Both the position numbers and the translations under genes were made by a program. 53,376 nucleotides of DNA from Patescibacteria group bacterium. GTDB taxonomy: Bacteria > Patescibacteriota > Minisyncoccia > UBA6257 > JACRHW01. The stretch spans positions 1 to 53,376 of the forward strand of contig JAGWJP010000001.1 of the NCBI GenBank assembly GCA_028865725.1, written 5' to 3'. This document shows positions 42,264 through 52,117 of the stretch, one piece after another; position 1 is the first letter of the stretch; every line of letters starts with the position of its first letter. Below the pieces are notes generated by a model, which did no database searches, had not been told where the DNA came from, and saw nothing but the letters and a program-made list of their open reading frames with translations.

Positions 42264-45200
42264 ATGGATCCGCTGAATTTAGCACAACTTGAGGAGCGTA
42301 TTCTCGCATTTTGGAAGGAACGCGGCATTTTCGAAAAAACGCTTAAGAAGACTGCGCGAAAAAAACCTTTTGTGTTTTTTGAGGGACCTCCTACTGCAAA
42401 TGGACGTCCTGGTATTCATCATTTTTTAGGGCGTGCGTTTAAGGATATCATTTGTCGTTATCAGACGATGCGTGGCAGGTATGTGACGCGCAAGGCGGGG
42501 TGGGATACCCATGGGCTTCCTGTTGAATTAGGGGTAGAAAAAGCGCTTGGTATTCATAACAAAAAAGAAATTGAAGAGTATGGCGTGGCTGCTTTTAATG
42601 CGAAGGCACGGGAATCGGTGTGGCAGTATAAGGATGAGTGGGAAAAGTTTACTGAACGCATGGGGTTTTGGCTCGACATGAGCAACCCATATGTTACGTA
42701 CGATAATCGCTACATTGAGAATGTGTGGGGGGTGCTGAAACGTATTCACAAAAATTATGCATTAGAAAAAGATTTTCGCGTGTCGCCCTACTGCGTGCGA
42801 TGCGGTACGGTACTCTCTTCGCATGAGCTTGGCCAGCCAGGGGCCTATCGTCTGACGCGTGATCCATCGCTTTATTTTAAGCTTGAACTGAAAGGCGGGT
42901 CAAAACAGAAAAAGGAATTTCTACTTGTGTGGACCACCACACCATGGACGCTTCCCGCAAATGTTGCGGTGGCAGTGCATCCTGCGCTTACTTATACGCG
43001 CTATGATATTCAAGGAGAATTTTTGTGGGCAGCAAAGCTTCCCGAAAAGCTTGCCGCAAAGGTGCAGGCGCAAGAGGGATATGCGGTAACATCAGTAAAG
43101 GGAAAGGCGTTGGTAGGAAAAAAATATGTTCCTCTGTATCCCCACAAACTAAAAGATGCCTATCGCGTGGTTTCTGCTGATTTTGTTTCTGCAGAGGAGG
43201 GTACAGGACTTGTTCACATCGCTCCCGCCTTTGGCGAAGACGATATGATAGTGGCGCGAAAAGAAAAATTACCTGTGTTGATTACGCTCGACAACCAGGG
43301 CCATATGAAACCCGGTGAACCTGGGGAGGGGCTGTTTGCAAAAGATGCCGATCGAGTAGTCTTTGAACATTTGCGCGATCGAGGTCTTGTGATCGACGAT
43401 ATTCTTGGCGCGATTGAACACGAATATCCGTTCTGTTGGCGCTGTGATACGCCACTCCTTTATATGGCCCGCGAATCGTGGTTTATTCGCATGAGTAAAC
43501 TTCGCAAGGAGATGATGCGTAATAACGAAACGATTAATTGGATACCTTCTCATGTACGCGAAGGGCGTTTTGGAGAATGGCTCAAAGAGCTTAAAGATTG
43601 GGCAATTTCGCGCGAACGGTATTGGGGTACTCCGTTGCCCATGTGGCAGTGTGAAAAGAAAGGGCACCGTGTATGTATCGGGTCGCTTGAAGAGTTAAAT
43701 GATCGTGCGTATTACCGCAATACGTGGTATGTGATGCGTCACGGTCAGGCGACACATAACGTAGAGGGCACGCTTGCGTCGGGTGCTTTTCTTGATTCTT
43801 CTACGCTCACCGAACAAGGTAAGGCCTCAGTGCGTGCTGCCGCGAAACGGCTCAAGAAAGTAAAGATCGATCTTATTATTGCTTCTCCTGCAGAACGTGT
43901 AAAAGAGACGGTTGCCCTTCTTCATGAATATTTGAAGGTTCCTGTACATTACGATGAACGCCTTGTGGAAATTAGAACTGGGGTGTTTGACGGAAAGTCC
44001 GTCGCAGAGCACAAGGCATTCTTTTCAGGACCCATTGAGGAGTTTTCAAAACCATCTCCTGGAGGCGAAAGTTTACACGATGTCGCAAAAAGAATGATGA
44101 GTGCCGTACTCGAGTTTAATAGGAAATATACAGGGAAACGCATTTTGCTTATAGGCCACGGTGATCCTTTGTGGATGCTTGAGAATACATTACTGCAGCA
44201 TACTCCCGAAGAGACGCTCGCATCTGATTATCCCGAGTGCGGCGATTATAAAAAGATAGAAGTGTTTAACTATCCTTACAATAAGGATGGTCAGATTGAT
44301 ATACACAAGCCATATATTGATGAGATTGCGATAAAGTGTCCTACGTGTAAGGCGATATGTAATCGCACTCCAGAAGTGATGGATGTATGGTTTGATTCGG
44401 GGGCGATGCCATTTGCGCAGACTGGGCGACTTGTAGACTGTGATCCCAAGAAAGGACTTTTACAGTGTATTGAACAGTACCCCGCTGATTACATTGTGGA
44501 AGGGGTGGACCAAACGCGCGGATGGTTTTACACGCTTCTTGCGGTTTCGACACTTCTGAAGATGCCGCCAAGCTATAAAAACGTATCTGTGTTGGGACTT
44601 GTGCTTGATGAGCACGGAAAAAAGATGTCAAAGTCGCGCGGCAATATCACGAATCCATGGGATATTATGAACACGGTGGGCAGTGACGCGGCCCGGTGGT
44701 ATTTTTATACATTGAATCAGCCCTATGAGTCTAAAAAATTTTCTCATGCAGATCTTGAGAAATCGAAACGAAAGTTTTTTATGACGTTTTGGAATGTGTT
44801 TCAATTTTATCGTACGTATGTAGGGGGTGTGCAGAGGAGTGTGCGTTCGACTTCTCAACATACCCCATCTGTTCTTGATCGTTGGATACGTGCAAAGACC
44901 GCTCTTCTTGTGAAAGACGTGGGGGCTGCATTAGATCATTTTGATGTGATGAATGCGGCGCGCATGATAGAACAATTTGTGGTGGAAGATTATTCTCGTT
45001 GGTGGTTGCGCCGTTCGCGCAGGAGATTTCAGCGTCCGGAGTCAGACGAAGAGTTTTGCGGTGCGGCGAATGTATTCTATGAGGTGATGAAGACACTCGT
45101 TCTGTGTGTGGCGCCTCTTGCCCCCTTTTTTGCAGAAGAGCTTTATCAGGAAATGAAGCATTACGATTCTTCGCTTCTGGAGAGTGTCCACCTTGAGAAT

Positions 45201-45764
45201 TATCCGCAGATGAAACAGCGCGGCATAATGAAAGAGCATGAAGAACTGTTTGAGCAGATGGAACTTGTGCGCAACGTATGTGCTGTCGCCCTACGCCTTC
45301 GCGCAGAGAAGGATATTAAGGTGCGCCAGCCGCTCATGGCACTTGAGATTAAGACAGAAATCTTTCTCGATAAGGAACTCCTTGAACTTGTGCGCGATGA
45401 GGTGAATGTAAAGTCTGCGCGGCGCGTGAAAGTGCTTTCTCACGATGCGATTGCTAACGAATCTGATTTGGCAGTAGCGCTTGATACTACCATTACTCAC
45501 GAGCTTCGTGAAGAAGGCCTCGTGCGTGATTTTATTCGATCGTTACAGGAGCTGCGCGCGGATGCCGGGTTTCAAATGGGGCAGATGGTTGATTGTTTTG
45601 TAGCGGCATCTGACAGATTATTACCTGTGTTTCAGCGTTTTGAGGAGCAGATTAAAAAAGACGCGTCGCTTGCGCATTTTGAATACGCACGCAGCGCTAC
45701 GTTTGATTGCGAAAAGACATTTGACATGGAAGGTGAGGTTACGGTACAACTTAAAAAATGTTAG
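42264..45764 (+). CDS. ileS: Isoleucyl-tRNA synthetase with inserted histidine-phosphatase (PGAM-like) domain
   Basis: PPTANGRPGIHHFLGR (HIGH), KKMSKSRGN (KMSKS), and the editing domain TTTPWTLPAN. Residues from about 489 to 670 (YVMRHGQATHN...SPAERVKET...GGESL...LIGHGD) form an extra domain. Confidence 0.9.
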   Translation: MDPLNLAQLEERILAFWKERGIFEKTLKKTARKKPFVFFEGPPTANGRPGIHHFLGRAFKDIICRYQTMRGRYVTRKAGWDTHGLPVELGVEKALGIHNKKEIEEYGVAAFNAKARESVWQYKDEWEKFTERMGFWLDMSNPYVTYDNRYIENVWGVLKRIHKNYALEKDFRVSPYCVRCGTVLSSHELGQPGAYRLTRDPSLYFKLELKGGSKQKKEFLLVWTTTPWTLPANVAVAVHPALTYTRYDIQGEFLWAAKLPEKLAAKVQAQEGYAVTSVKGKALVGKKYVPLYPHKLKDAYRVVSADFVSAEEGTGLVHIAPAFGEDDMIVARKEKLPVLITLDNQGHMKPGEPGEGLFAKDADRVVFEHLRDRGLVIDDILGAIEHEYPFCWRCDTPLLYMARESWFIRMSKLRKEMMRNNETINWIPSHVREGRFGEWLKELKDWAISRERYWGTPLPMWQCEKKGHRVCIGSLEELNDRAYYRNTWYVMRHGQATHNVEGTLASGAFLDSSTLTEQGKASVRAAAKRLKKVKIDLIIASPAERVKETVALLHEYLKVPVHYDERLVEIRTGVFDGKSVAEHKAFFSGPIEEFSKPSPGGESLHDVAKRMMSAVLEFNRKYTGKRILLIGHGDPLWMLENTLLQHTPEETLASDYPECGDYKKIEVFNYPYNKDGQIDIHKPYIDEIAIKCPTCKAICNRTPEVMDVWFDSGAMPFAQTGRLVDCDPKKGLLQCIEQYPADYIVEGVDQTRGWFYTLLAVSTLLKMPPSYKNVSVLGLVLDEHGKKMSKSRGNITNPWDIMNTVGSDAARWYFYTLNQPYESKKFSHADLEKSKRKFFMTFWNVFQFYRTYVGGVQRSVRSTSQHTPSVLDRWIRAKTALLVKDVGAALDHFDVMNAARMIEQFVVEDYSRWWLRRSRRRFQRPESDEEFCGAANVFYEVMKTLVLCVAPLAPFFAEELYQEMKHYDSSLLESVHLENYPQMKQRGIMKEHEELFEQMELVRNVCAVALRLRAEKDIKVRQPLMALEIKTEIFLDKELLELVRDEVNVKSARRVKVLSHDAIANESDLAVALDTTITHELREEGLVRDFIRSLQELRADAGFQMGQMVDCFVAASDRLLPVFQRFEEQIKKDASLAHFEYARSATFDCEKTFDMEGEVTVQLKKC

Positions 45765-46018
45765 AGAAAGAGAAAAAACATAAAATGGAGCAGCCCCCTT
45801 TTTCTTCGGGCAGGCGTGATATTCTGCTCGATCCTCTTTCCTTATCTGATCTTGAAAATTATAGGGAAATCCTCAAAAAGTCCATTGCGGCCATAGAGCA
45901 TATTCTTGAGGGCATGGAATCCGATACACAGGGTGCTGAGTATTATCGGCGTCTTCGAGAAGATGAGAAGCATGAAATAGCGAATGTACAGCGCGAGATT
46001 TTAAAAAGAAAGATCTAG
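45758..46018 (+). CDS. Hypothetical small protein
   Basis: 86-aa ORF overlapping the ileS stop by 7 nt, with a helical charged sequence. Confidence 0.45.
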   Translation: MLEKEKKHKMEQPPFSSGRRDILLDPLSLSDLENYREILKKSIAAIEHILEGMESDTQGAEYYRRLREDEKHEIANVQREILKRKI

Positions 46019-46045
46019 CATTATTTTCACGAAGAAGGGGGGTGG

Positions 46046-46294
46046 ATGACATTGTATATTCGGCATGTCGACGATGAAAAGCAGAAGATTGAGCTGTGGC
46101 TATGCACTGATCCAACGAAAGAAGTAGAGGGACAGATCTGTCATATCCTTCTAGGAATTTTCATTCTGATTAAGAATATAATCAGAATGCCCAAACGTGA
46201 GGCAAGGCATGAACTGAGTCGTCTTGCGCGATATCTCGTTGCCTATGTTAAAGAGCGATCTCCAGATGAGCATAACCCAAACTCTTTAAATTAA
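46046..46294 (+). CDS. Hypothetical small protein
   Basis: 82-aa ORF followed directly by a strong terminator. Confidence 0.45.
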   Translation: MTLYIRHVDDEKQKIELWLCTDPTKEVEGQICHILLGIFILIKNIIRMPKREARHELSRLARYLVAYVKERSPDEHNPNSLN

Positions 46295-46297
46295 TTT

Positions 46298-46320
46298 AAA
46301 CAGCGTATACGCTGTTTTTT
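46298..46320 (+). terminator. Intrinsic terminator
   Basis: AAACAGCGTA|TACGCTGTTT followed by TTT. Confidence 0.65.
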
Positions 46321-46469
46321 AATGTACACATGCGTTGAGCCAGAGCAGGTAATTGCCAGTTTCAGAGAAGGTTAGTTTTTATTATTCTAGAGAAACTAAG
46401 ATAAAAGTCCGTCTGATTAATCACTGAACAAGAATAGATATGAGACAACTATGCTGCATATCAAGCAGA

Positions 46470-47480
46470 CTAATCAAAATAATTGATTTTTACTGCCTTG
46501 CGGACCTTGCGCATGGTTTCTTGTGCGATAACACGGGTTTTTTTTGTTCCTGATTTCAAAATGTCCATCACGGTGTCGGGATCGCGTTCCAATTCTCGGC
46601 GTCGTGTGCGAATAGGTGCGATGATATGTTCCAAAACATCAATAAGTCGTTTTTTGATTTCCACATCACCGAGCCCCCCGCGCGTGTAGTGCTCTTTCAG
46701 GAGCCGCACCTCATTTTTTTTAGGGTCAAAAATGTCGAGGTAGGTGAACACCACGTTATTCCCTACATTTCCCGAATCGCTTGCATGGATATGTTCTGGA
46801 TCAGTATACATCATCATTACCTTTTTTTGTATTTCTTCAAAGGAATCGTTAAGAAATATTGTATTGTTGAGTGATTTGCTTGCCTTTGCATTGCCATCAA
46901 TTCCCACGAGACGTGGAGTAGTGGAGAGTACGGGTGTAATTTTTTGAAATGTTTCTCCGTAGAGGGCATTGAATTTGAGCACGATTTCGTTCGCTTGTTC
47001 AATGACAGGGAGCTGGTCTTCTCCGACCGGAACAAGATTAGCGCCGCAAAACAAAATATCCGCGGCTTGGCTTACAGGATAGGCAAGAAATCCTGCGGGC
47101 ACGTCTTCTCCGAATCCTTTTTGTTTCATCTCGTCTTTTACCGTTGGATTTCTCTTCAGGCGAGCAAGGGTGACTAGATTCAAAAGGAGAACTGTAAGTT
47201 CGGCAATTTCAGGAACTTGTGATTGAATGAAGAAGGTTGTTTTTTGAGGCGACACGCCCGCCGCAAGATTATCAAGTGTTACTTCAAAGACATTATTGCG
47301 CACTTTTTCCGGATTATCGGCATTATCAGTCAGTGCCTGAATATCGGCGACCATGTAAAAACACCGATCATATTGATCTTGAAGCGCAATTCTGTTTTGT
47401 ATCGAACCTACTAAATGGCCGAGGTGAAGCGTTCCCGTCGGCCGATCGCCTGTGAGCACAGCACTATTCTTATTTTTCAT
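46470..47480 (-). CDS. trpS: Tryptophanyl-tRNA synthetase
   Basis: TGDRPTGTLHLGHLVG (HIGH-type) and KASKSLNN (KMSKS-type). 336 aa. Confidence 0.9.
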   Translation of the reverse strand: MKNKNSAVLTGDRPTGTLHLGHLVGSIQNRIALQDQYDRCFYMVADIQALTDNADNPEKVRNNVFEVTLDNLAAGVSPQKTTFFIQSQVPEIAELTVLLLNLVTLARLKRNPTVKDEMKQKGFGEDVPAGFLAYPVSQAADILFCGANLVPVGEDQLPVIEQANEIVLKFNALYGETFQKITPVLSTTPRLVGIDGNAKASKSLNNTIFLNDSFEEIQKKVMMMYTDPEHIHASDSGNVGNNVVFTYLDIFDPKKNEVRLLKEHYTRGGLGDVEIKKRLIDVLEHIIAPIRTRRRELERDPDTVMDILKSGTKKTRVIAQETMRKVRKAVKINYFD

Positions 47481-47559
47481 GATTCAAGTTTACGCTAAAA
47501 CCTTCGCCTTTACAATCACCGAAAAATTTCTTGGAAATAAGAAGTTGACTGTTTGAGAA

Positions 47560-47683
47560 TAGAACGTACACATTTGAATGAAGTTCAAGGAAAAACCGAG
47601 CACCGTAGTGGAGTTTACTATGGAGTAAATGGAGCGAGGAGCGGAGATTTTGACGCAGAAATTCGTCGAATGTGTACGTTCTA
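47560..47683. repeat. 15-bp perfect inverted repeat enclosing about 94 nt (long stem-loop between rnj and trpS)
   Basis: TAGAACGTACACATT at 47560-47574 and AATGTGTACGTTCTA at 47669-47683. Confidence 0.75.
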
Positions 47684-47687
47684 GAAA

Positions 47688-49454
47688 TTACACTTCAACG
47701 ATGGCGGGGAGTACCATGGGGCGCCGTTTCAGTTTTTTCCAAAGGAATGATCCCACCTGTTCTCGAATATTATCTTTTACATGAGCCCAATTACTCATGT
47801 ATCCAGGAGTGGCGGTGCGTTCCACAATTCTTTTGATGAGTCCGCGCATCTCATCAAGAAGTTCTTTCGATTCGCGAAGGTGGATTGAGCCACGTGAGAT
47901 AATATTGGGCACTCCTTTTAATTTTCCTGTTTTCGCGTCGATGGCAGCGATAATGACGAACATCCCGTCTTTTGATAACAGTTCTCGGTCGCGGAGAACT
48001 ACTTCATTGACATCGCCAATACCAAGACCATCTACCATAATGTAATTTGCTGGCACCTCTCCTATAATTTTGCCCTCTTCTGGAGTAAATTCTACAATAT
48101 CGCCATTTGATGCAATGACGATATTTTCTTTCTGTACGCCTACTAATTGAGCGATTTCTTCATGTGCTCTCAACATAGAAAATTGTCCGTGAATAGGCAT
48201 CAGGAATTTCGGCTTTACAATATTTAAGAGCAATTTGAGATCTTCTCGGTAGGCATGTCCACTGACATGGATATCCATCATGCGATAATTAAATATTTTA
48301 GCGCCTTGTCGGGCAAGGGAGTCGGTTAGATATTGTACCGAACGTTCATTTCCTGGTACCACGGACGATGAGAAGATAATCGTATCACCTTGCTCTACTT
48401 TAAAGTAGCGATGTTCTCCATTCGTGATGCGCATGAGCGCAGCGCGGTCTTCTCCTTGGGCTCCCGTACACATAATGACGAGTTTTTCTGGCGGTAACAT
48501 CAGTGCTTCCTCTGGAAGAATAATAGTTCCTTTTTTTATCTTAAGGTATCCTAGCGATCGGCAGATTTCTACATTATTTTTCATGCTGTATCCTTCAATC
48601 ACAAGTTTACGATCAAATCGTTCTGCAAGGTAGATAATTTGTTGCACGCGCTCAATAAGAGAAGAGAAGGTTGCAGCAATAATGCGCCCTTCTGCGTGTT
48701 CGAAGATTGTTCCCAGATTGTCAAAGATTTCTTTTTCTGAGGGAGCTTGGCCAGGTTTTTCCGAACCGGTAGAATCCGAAAGGAGTAAAAATACGCCTTG
48801 CGAAGTAAGTGTGACAATACGACCGAGGTCTGCAGGTTCGTCTGCAATTGGGGAGAAATCGAATTTGAAGTCGCAGGTGTGCACGACTAAGCCAAGTGGC
48901 GTTTGAATGGCGAGGCCGATTGAATCGGGGATATTGTGATTTACGTGAAATGGAGTGACCTTGAAGTGACCAAGTACAATGGTTTCCTCCTTATCTTTGT
49001 GTACCGTTTCAATATTCAATTTCGGTTGATGAGGAAAATCATCTTGGCGTTTTAAAATGATGCCGCGGGTGAGCGGAGTGGCATAAATTGTCGGATTTCC
49101 TATTTCATGGATGACATAAGGAATTGCACCGATGTGATCGTAGTGACCGTGTGTAATAAATACTCCAACGATCTTGTGCTTATTCTCTTTGAGGTACTGA
49201 AAATTAGGAATTGTATAATCAATTCCCGGCATGTCTTCGTCCGGAAATCCGAACCCCATATCGACAACAAGGATCTGATCGTCGTATTCAAGTGCGAGCA
49301 TATTGCGCCCCACCTCCTCGAGTCCTCCAAAAGGAATAACTTTCAGACCTTGTTTTTCCTGTTTTTGCGTAGATGCCGCGTGCGATGAGCGGCGATGAGC
49401 CCATGCGTTACGCGACGCCGGTTTTGCGGGCTGTTTTTTTATGTTTTTTATCAT
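47688..49454 (-). CDS. rnj: Ribonuclease J
   Basis: Metallo-beta-lactamase motif VFITHGHYDHIGAIPY, a beta-CASP region, and a C-terminal domain. 588 aa. Confidence 0.9.
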   Translation of the reverse strand: MIKNIKKQPAKPASRNAWAHRRSSHAASTQKQEKQGLKVIPFGGLEEVGRNMLALEYDDQILVVDMGFGFPDEDMPGIDYTIPNFQYLKENKHKIVGVFITHGHYDHIGAIPYVIHEIGNPTIYATPLTRGIILKRQDDFPHQPKLNIETVHKDKEETIVLGHFKVTPFHVNHNIPDSIGLAIQTPLGLVVHTCDFKFDFSPIADEPADLGRIVTLTSQGVFLLLSDSTGSEKPGQAPSEKEIFDNLGTIFEHAEGRIIAATFSSLIERVQQIIYLAERFDRKLVIEGYSMKNNVEICRSLGYLKIKKGTIILPEEALMLPPEKLVIMCTGAQGEDRAALMRITNGEHRYFKVEQGDTIIFSSSVVPGNERSVQYLTDSLARQGAKIFNYRMMDIHVSGHAYREDLKLLLNIVKPKFLMPIHGQFSMLRAHEEIAQLVGVQKENIVIASNGDIVEFTPEEGKIIGEVPANYIMVDGLGIGDVNEVVLRDRELLSKDGMFVIIAAIDAKTGKLKGVPNIISRGSIHLRESKELLDEMRGLIKRIVERTATPGYMSNWAHVKDNIREQVGSFLWKKLKRRPMVLPAIVEV

Positions 49455-49596
49455 GATTATTATGTACCGCGTAGAGTAATAAAAGCGATACGTGTTTTTA
49501 ATTTATTTTATCAATAAAATGATGGTAGTGTGCAGAGCTTGTTAAGAAAATATATTGCGCGCACGCTTACAGTTTGTGTGTTTTTTGGTTTCGTAG

Positions 49597-49680
49597 TGGG
49601 GATGGGGAGATTCGAACTCCCAGGAGGTTGCTCTCACACGCTCCTGAAGCGTGCGCGTCTACCAGTTCCGCCACATCCCC
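49597..49680 (-). tRNA. tRNA-Leu (anticodon CAG), CCA not encoded
   Basis: Minus strand GGGGATG TG GCG GAACTGGTAGA CGC G CACGC TTCAGGA GCGTG, a long variable arm, then GGGAG TTCGAAT CTCCC CATCCCC A. Confidence 0.9.
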
Positions 49681-49785
49681 AATCTGAAATTAAAATAAGA
49701 AAACGGTGTGTACTATTCTATTTACCCGTCTCACATCATAACAAGGTTGTACGCGATAGTTGATTTGTTGTTTTTCGCACTATCA

Positions 49786-51486
49786 TTATAAGCTGCGCAA
49801 AGAGGTAATATACCAATCGGCAAGAGAAGCAAAACGATCACTTTGGTTCGTCACTACATGTTCTGTCACGTTTTTTACGCGTTTTGAAACGGCATAGAGA
49901 AAGTCAGGATCATAAAGAAAGATAACCGGATTATCGTTTTGAATGATTTCCGCAAATTGCGTGTAGAGATTGTTCCGCGTTACAGGATCCATCGTTTCAC
50001 GTATCGTTTCCGTGAGCGTATCTACTTTTTTGTTTTGATAAAGGCTTAGATTTCTTCCTGGATTGAATTTTTGAGATGAATGCCAGAATGAAAATGGATC
50101 TGCCTGCAGGTCGAGTATGTTGCCAAACAGAAGAACGTCATATTTTCGTGGTTCGATATAGTTCGTCTCAAGATCGGTAAGCGGAACAATCTCCACTTTT
50201 GTGTCTATTCCTATCTCTCTCCACGATTTTGCAAGAATGCTCGCAGTTTCAATAAGAAATGAGTTCTGTGGCGTAACGATCGTAAGAGTAATTGGTTCAT
50301 TGGGCTTATTTTTTTTGATAAGCAGGCCATTTGCATTGAGTACCCATCCGTCTTTTGTAAGCAGTTCTTTCGCGCGCTGTGGGTTATATTCTGACGCGAC
50401 TCCGGGGATAATAGGCGGCGGCAAGGGAGAGCTGAGCGGGCTTGCATAGCCCAAAAATACCGTATTGATCAGCTCTTGTTGCGGGGTACTAAGTTTGAGA
50501 CTTTCGCGTACGACATCGTCCCCTAAGACGGGGTTGTTTTGCGCATTTAAAAATGCAGCATAATAGAGTGGACGTGCAATGTGAAGTATTTGATAGGATG
50601 CGGAAAGAGATTTCGCTTGTTGCGGATCTATATTAGCGAGTGCATCAATGCGGTGCAGAGTTAGTGCTTCTAATGCATCTGTTTTTGTCTCGTAGAATGA
50701 AAAGGTGATGCGGTCGATATAAGGGCTTTTTTCGGCATACGAAGGAGAACGTACAAGGGAATAGCTGCTTATGTGTCCGTCATCTTTTGTGGTTACCGTA
50801 TCGACCATGTAAGGACCATCACCGATGGGTTTTACGTTATAAGGAGACAATGCAAGATTGTCAACTGGTACATGTTCAAAAATATGTTTTGGAATAATCT
50901 TGAGTTCTAGGTTGGTGAGGAAAAAGGCATACGGATTCGGAATACTAAACTTGATTTTCCTGTCGGAAATTTTTTCTACCATTACGCCTTGCCAGCCATA
51001 TTGAAGCGGCGTTTTATTTTCAAGCGTATGAATAAGGTTGACTGTAAATACGACGTCATCTGCGGTGAGAGGCGTTCCATCCTGCCACGTCAGATTATTT
51101 TTCAATGTAATAATCCATACTGCGCCATTGTTTTGTGTTTCATATGAAGCCGCGAGGTCGGGGACGATCGTTCCCGCGCTATCTACCTTAAAGAGACCTC
51201 GATACACGAGACTTATAAGGTCATTTTCATTTTCGCTTGTGGCGAGAAGAGGGTTGAGCTTAAGAAGCGAAGTCCCTACTAATCCTTCTTTGAACTCACC
51301 GCCATGAGTAGGATGAACTGTACCAATGAAAAACGAGACAAGAATGAGAATTACAAACGATACCGCTGCAAGAAGCGCACCGGCTTGTGCGATGTGTTTG
51401 TCTCTGGTTTCTAAACGTTGGTAGTACTGTTTCCAGTAGTGCAGAGAAAAATATTTATGATGTTTCATTGCAGAATAAGAAAGCAC
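49786..51486 (-). CDS. ABC transporter substrate-binding protein, family 5 (peptide/nickel, OppA/DppA-like)
   Basis: 566 aa with an N-terminal anchor. The sequence pattern is typical of SBP_bac_5 (…LTWQDGTPLTADDVVFT…). Confidence 0.8.
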   Translation of the reverse strand: MLSYSAMKHHKYFSLHYWKQYYQRLETRDKHIAQAGALLAAVSFVILILVSFFIGTVHPTHGGEFKEGLVGTSLLKLNPLLATSENENDLISLVYRGLFKVDSAGTIVPDLAASYETQNNGAVWIITLKNNLTWQDGTPLTADDVVFTVNLIHTLENKTPLQYGWQGVMVEKISDRKIKFSIPNPYAFFLTNLELKIIPKHIFEHVPVDNLALSPYNVKPIGDGPYMVDTVTTKDDGHISSYSLVRSPSYAEKSPYIDRITFSFYETKTDALEALTLHRIDALANIDPQQAKSLSASYQILHIARPLYYAAFLNAQNNPVLGDDVVRESLKLSTPQQELINTVFLGYASPLSSPLPPPIIPGVASEYNPQRAKELLTKDGWVLNANGLLIKKNKPNEPITLTIVTPQNSFLIETASILAKSWREIGIDTKVEIVPLTDLETNYIEPRKYDVLLFGNILDLQADPFSFWHSSQKFNPGRNLSLYQNKKVDTLTETIRETMDPVTRNNLYTQFAEIIQNDNPVIFLYDPDFLYAVSKRVKNVTEHVVTNQSDRFASLADWYITSLRSL

Positions 51487-51531
51487 GATTTATGGGATAT
51501 ACCACAGTAACGTGTGGTATATCATTGCGCG

Positions 51532-51747
51532 CTATGAGAATCTCAGTCCGATAAGAGAAAGGATTCCAAACAAGACGATGAGAACAATGGTTGCGAGATA
51601 GAGTACGCGCTCCAGCCCACGTCGTGTGTAGTAGAGCGTTGAATCACCTCCAAATGCTGACCCAAGACCCATTCCTCGTGGCTGGAGCAAAATTGCAGTT
51701 ACAATAAGTACCGAAAGTATAATTTGAGTTATGGTAATCCAAGACAT
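51532..51747 (-). CDS. secG: Preprotein translocase subunit SecG
   Basis: MSWITITQIILSVLIVTAILLQPRGMGLGSAFGG... The start at MSW avoids overlap with the upstream gene. Confidence 0.75.
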   Translation of the reverse strand: MSWITITQIILSVLIVTAILLQPRGMGLGSAFGGDSTLYYTRRGLERVLYLATIVLIVLFGILSLIGLRFS

Positions 51748-51766
51748 GGTTTTTTTATTCAGAATA

Positions 51767-52117
51767 TTACTCGGCCCCTCCTCCATGGATGTGTAACAAA
51801 AGATTCAATGCGCCAAAGAGGATAGTGGCTAACACGAGGGCGTTTAAGGTCTGTATATGTATTCCGAGAGGAGCGAATGTGATTAACCACAAGATTAACA
51901 TATTGACGACAAAAGTAAAGAGTCCCAGGGTAAGCAGGATAAGGGGAAGAAATACGAGCTTGAGAATCGGACGCAAGGTGAAATTGAGTACTGTCAAAAT
52001 GGCCGTGGTTTCGAGAAGAAGGATCACATCACCCTGGAACATAAATCCGGGGATTATTGCCCGTGCAATAAGAATTCCCAGTAGATTTACAAAAAAATTG
52101 CGAATAAGTTTGTTCAT
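51767..52117 (-). CDS. DUF360/holin-4-like small membrane protein
   Basis: 116 aa with four hydrophobic segments (…LNFTLRPILKLVFLPLILLTLGLFTFVVN…). Confidence 0.6.
   Translation of the reverse strand: MNKLIRNFFVNLLGILIARAIIPGFMFQGDVILLLETTAILTVLNFTLRPILKLVFLPLILLTLGLFTFVVNMLILWLITFAPLGIHIQTLNALVLATILFGALNLLLHIHGGGAE

Noticed and set aside
47481-47687. T-box or attenuator leader for trpS
   Set aside because: No GGGUGGNACCGCG-like sequence, specifier-loop architecture or U-run terminator is present on the minus strand. Only the long inverted repeat is seen, and it is reported separately.
49530-49763. 77-aa track ORF
   Set aside because: It lies antisense over tRNA-Leu(CAG) and is spurious.
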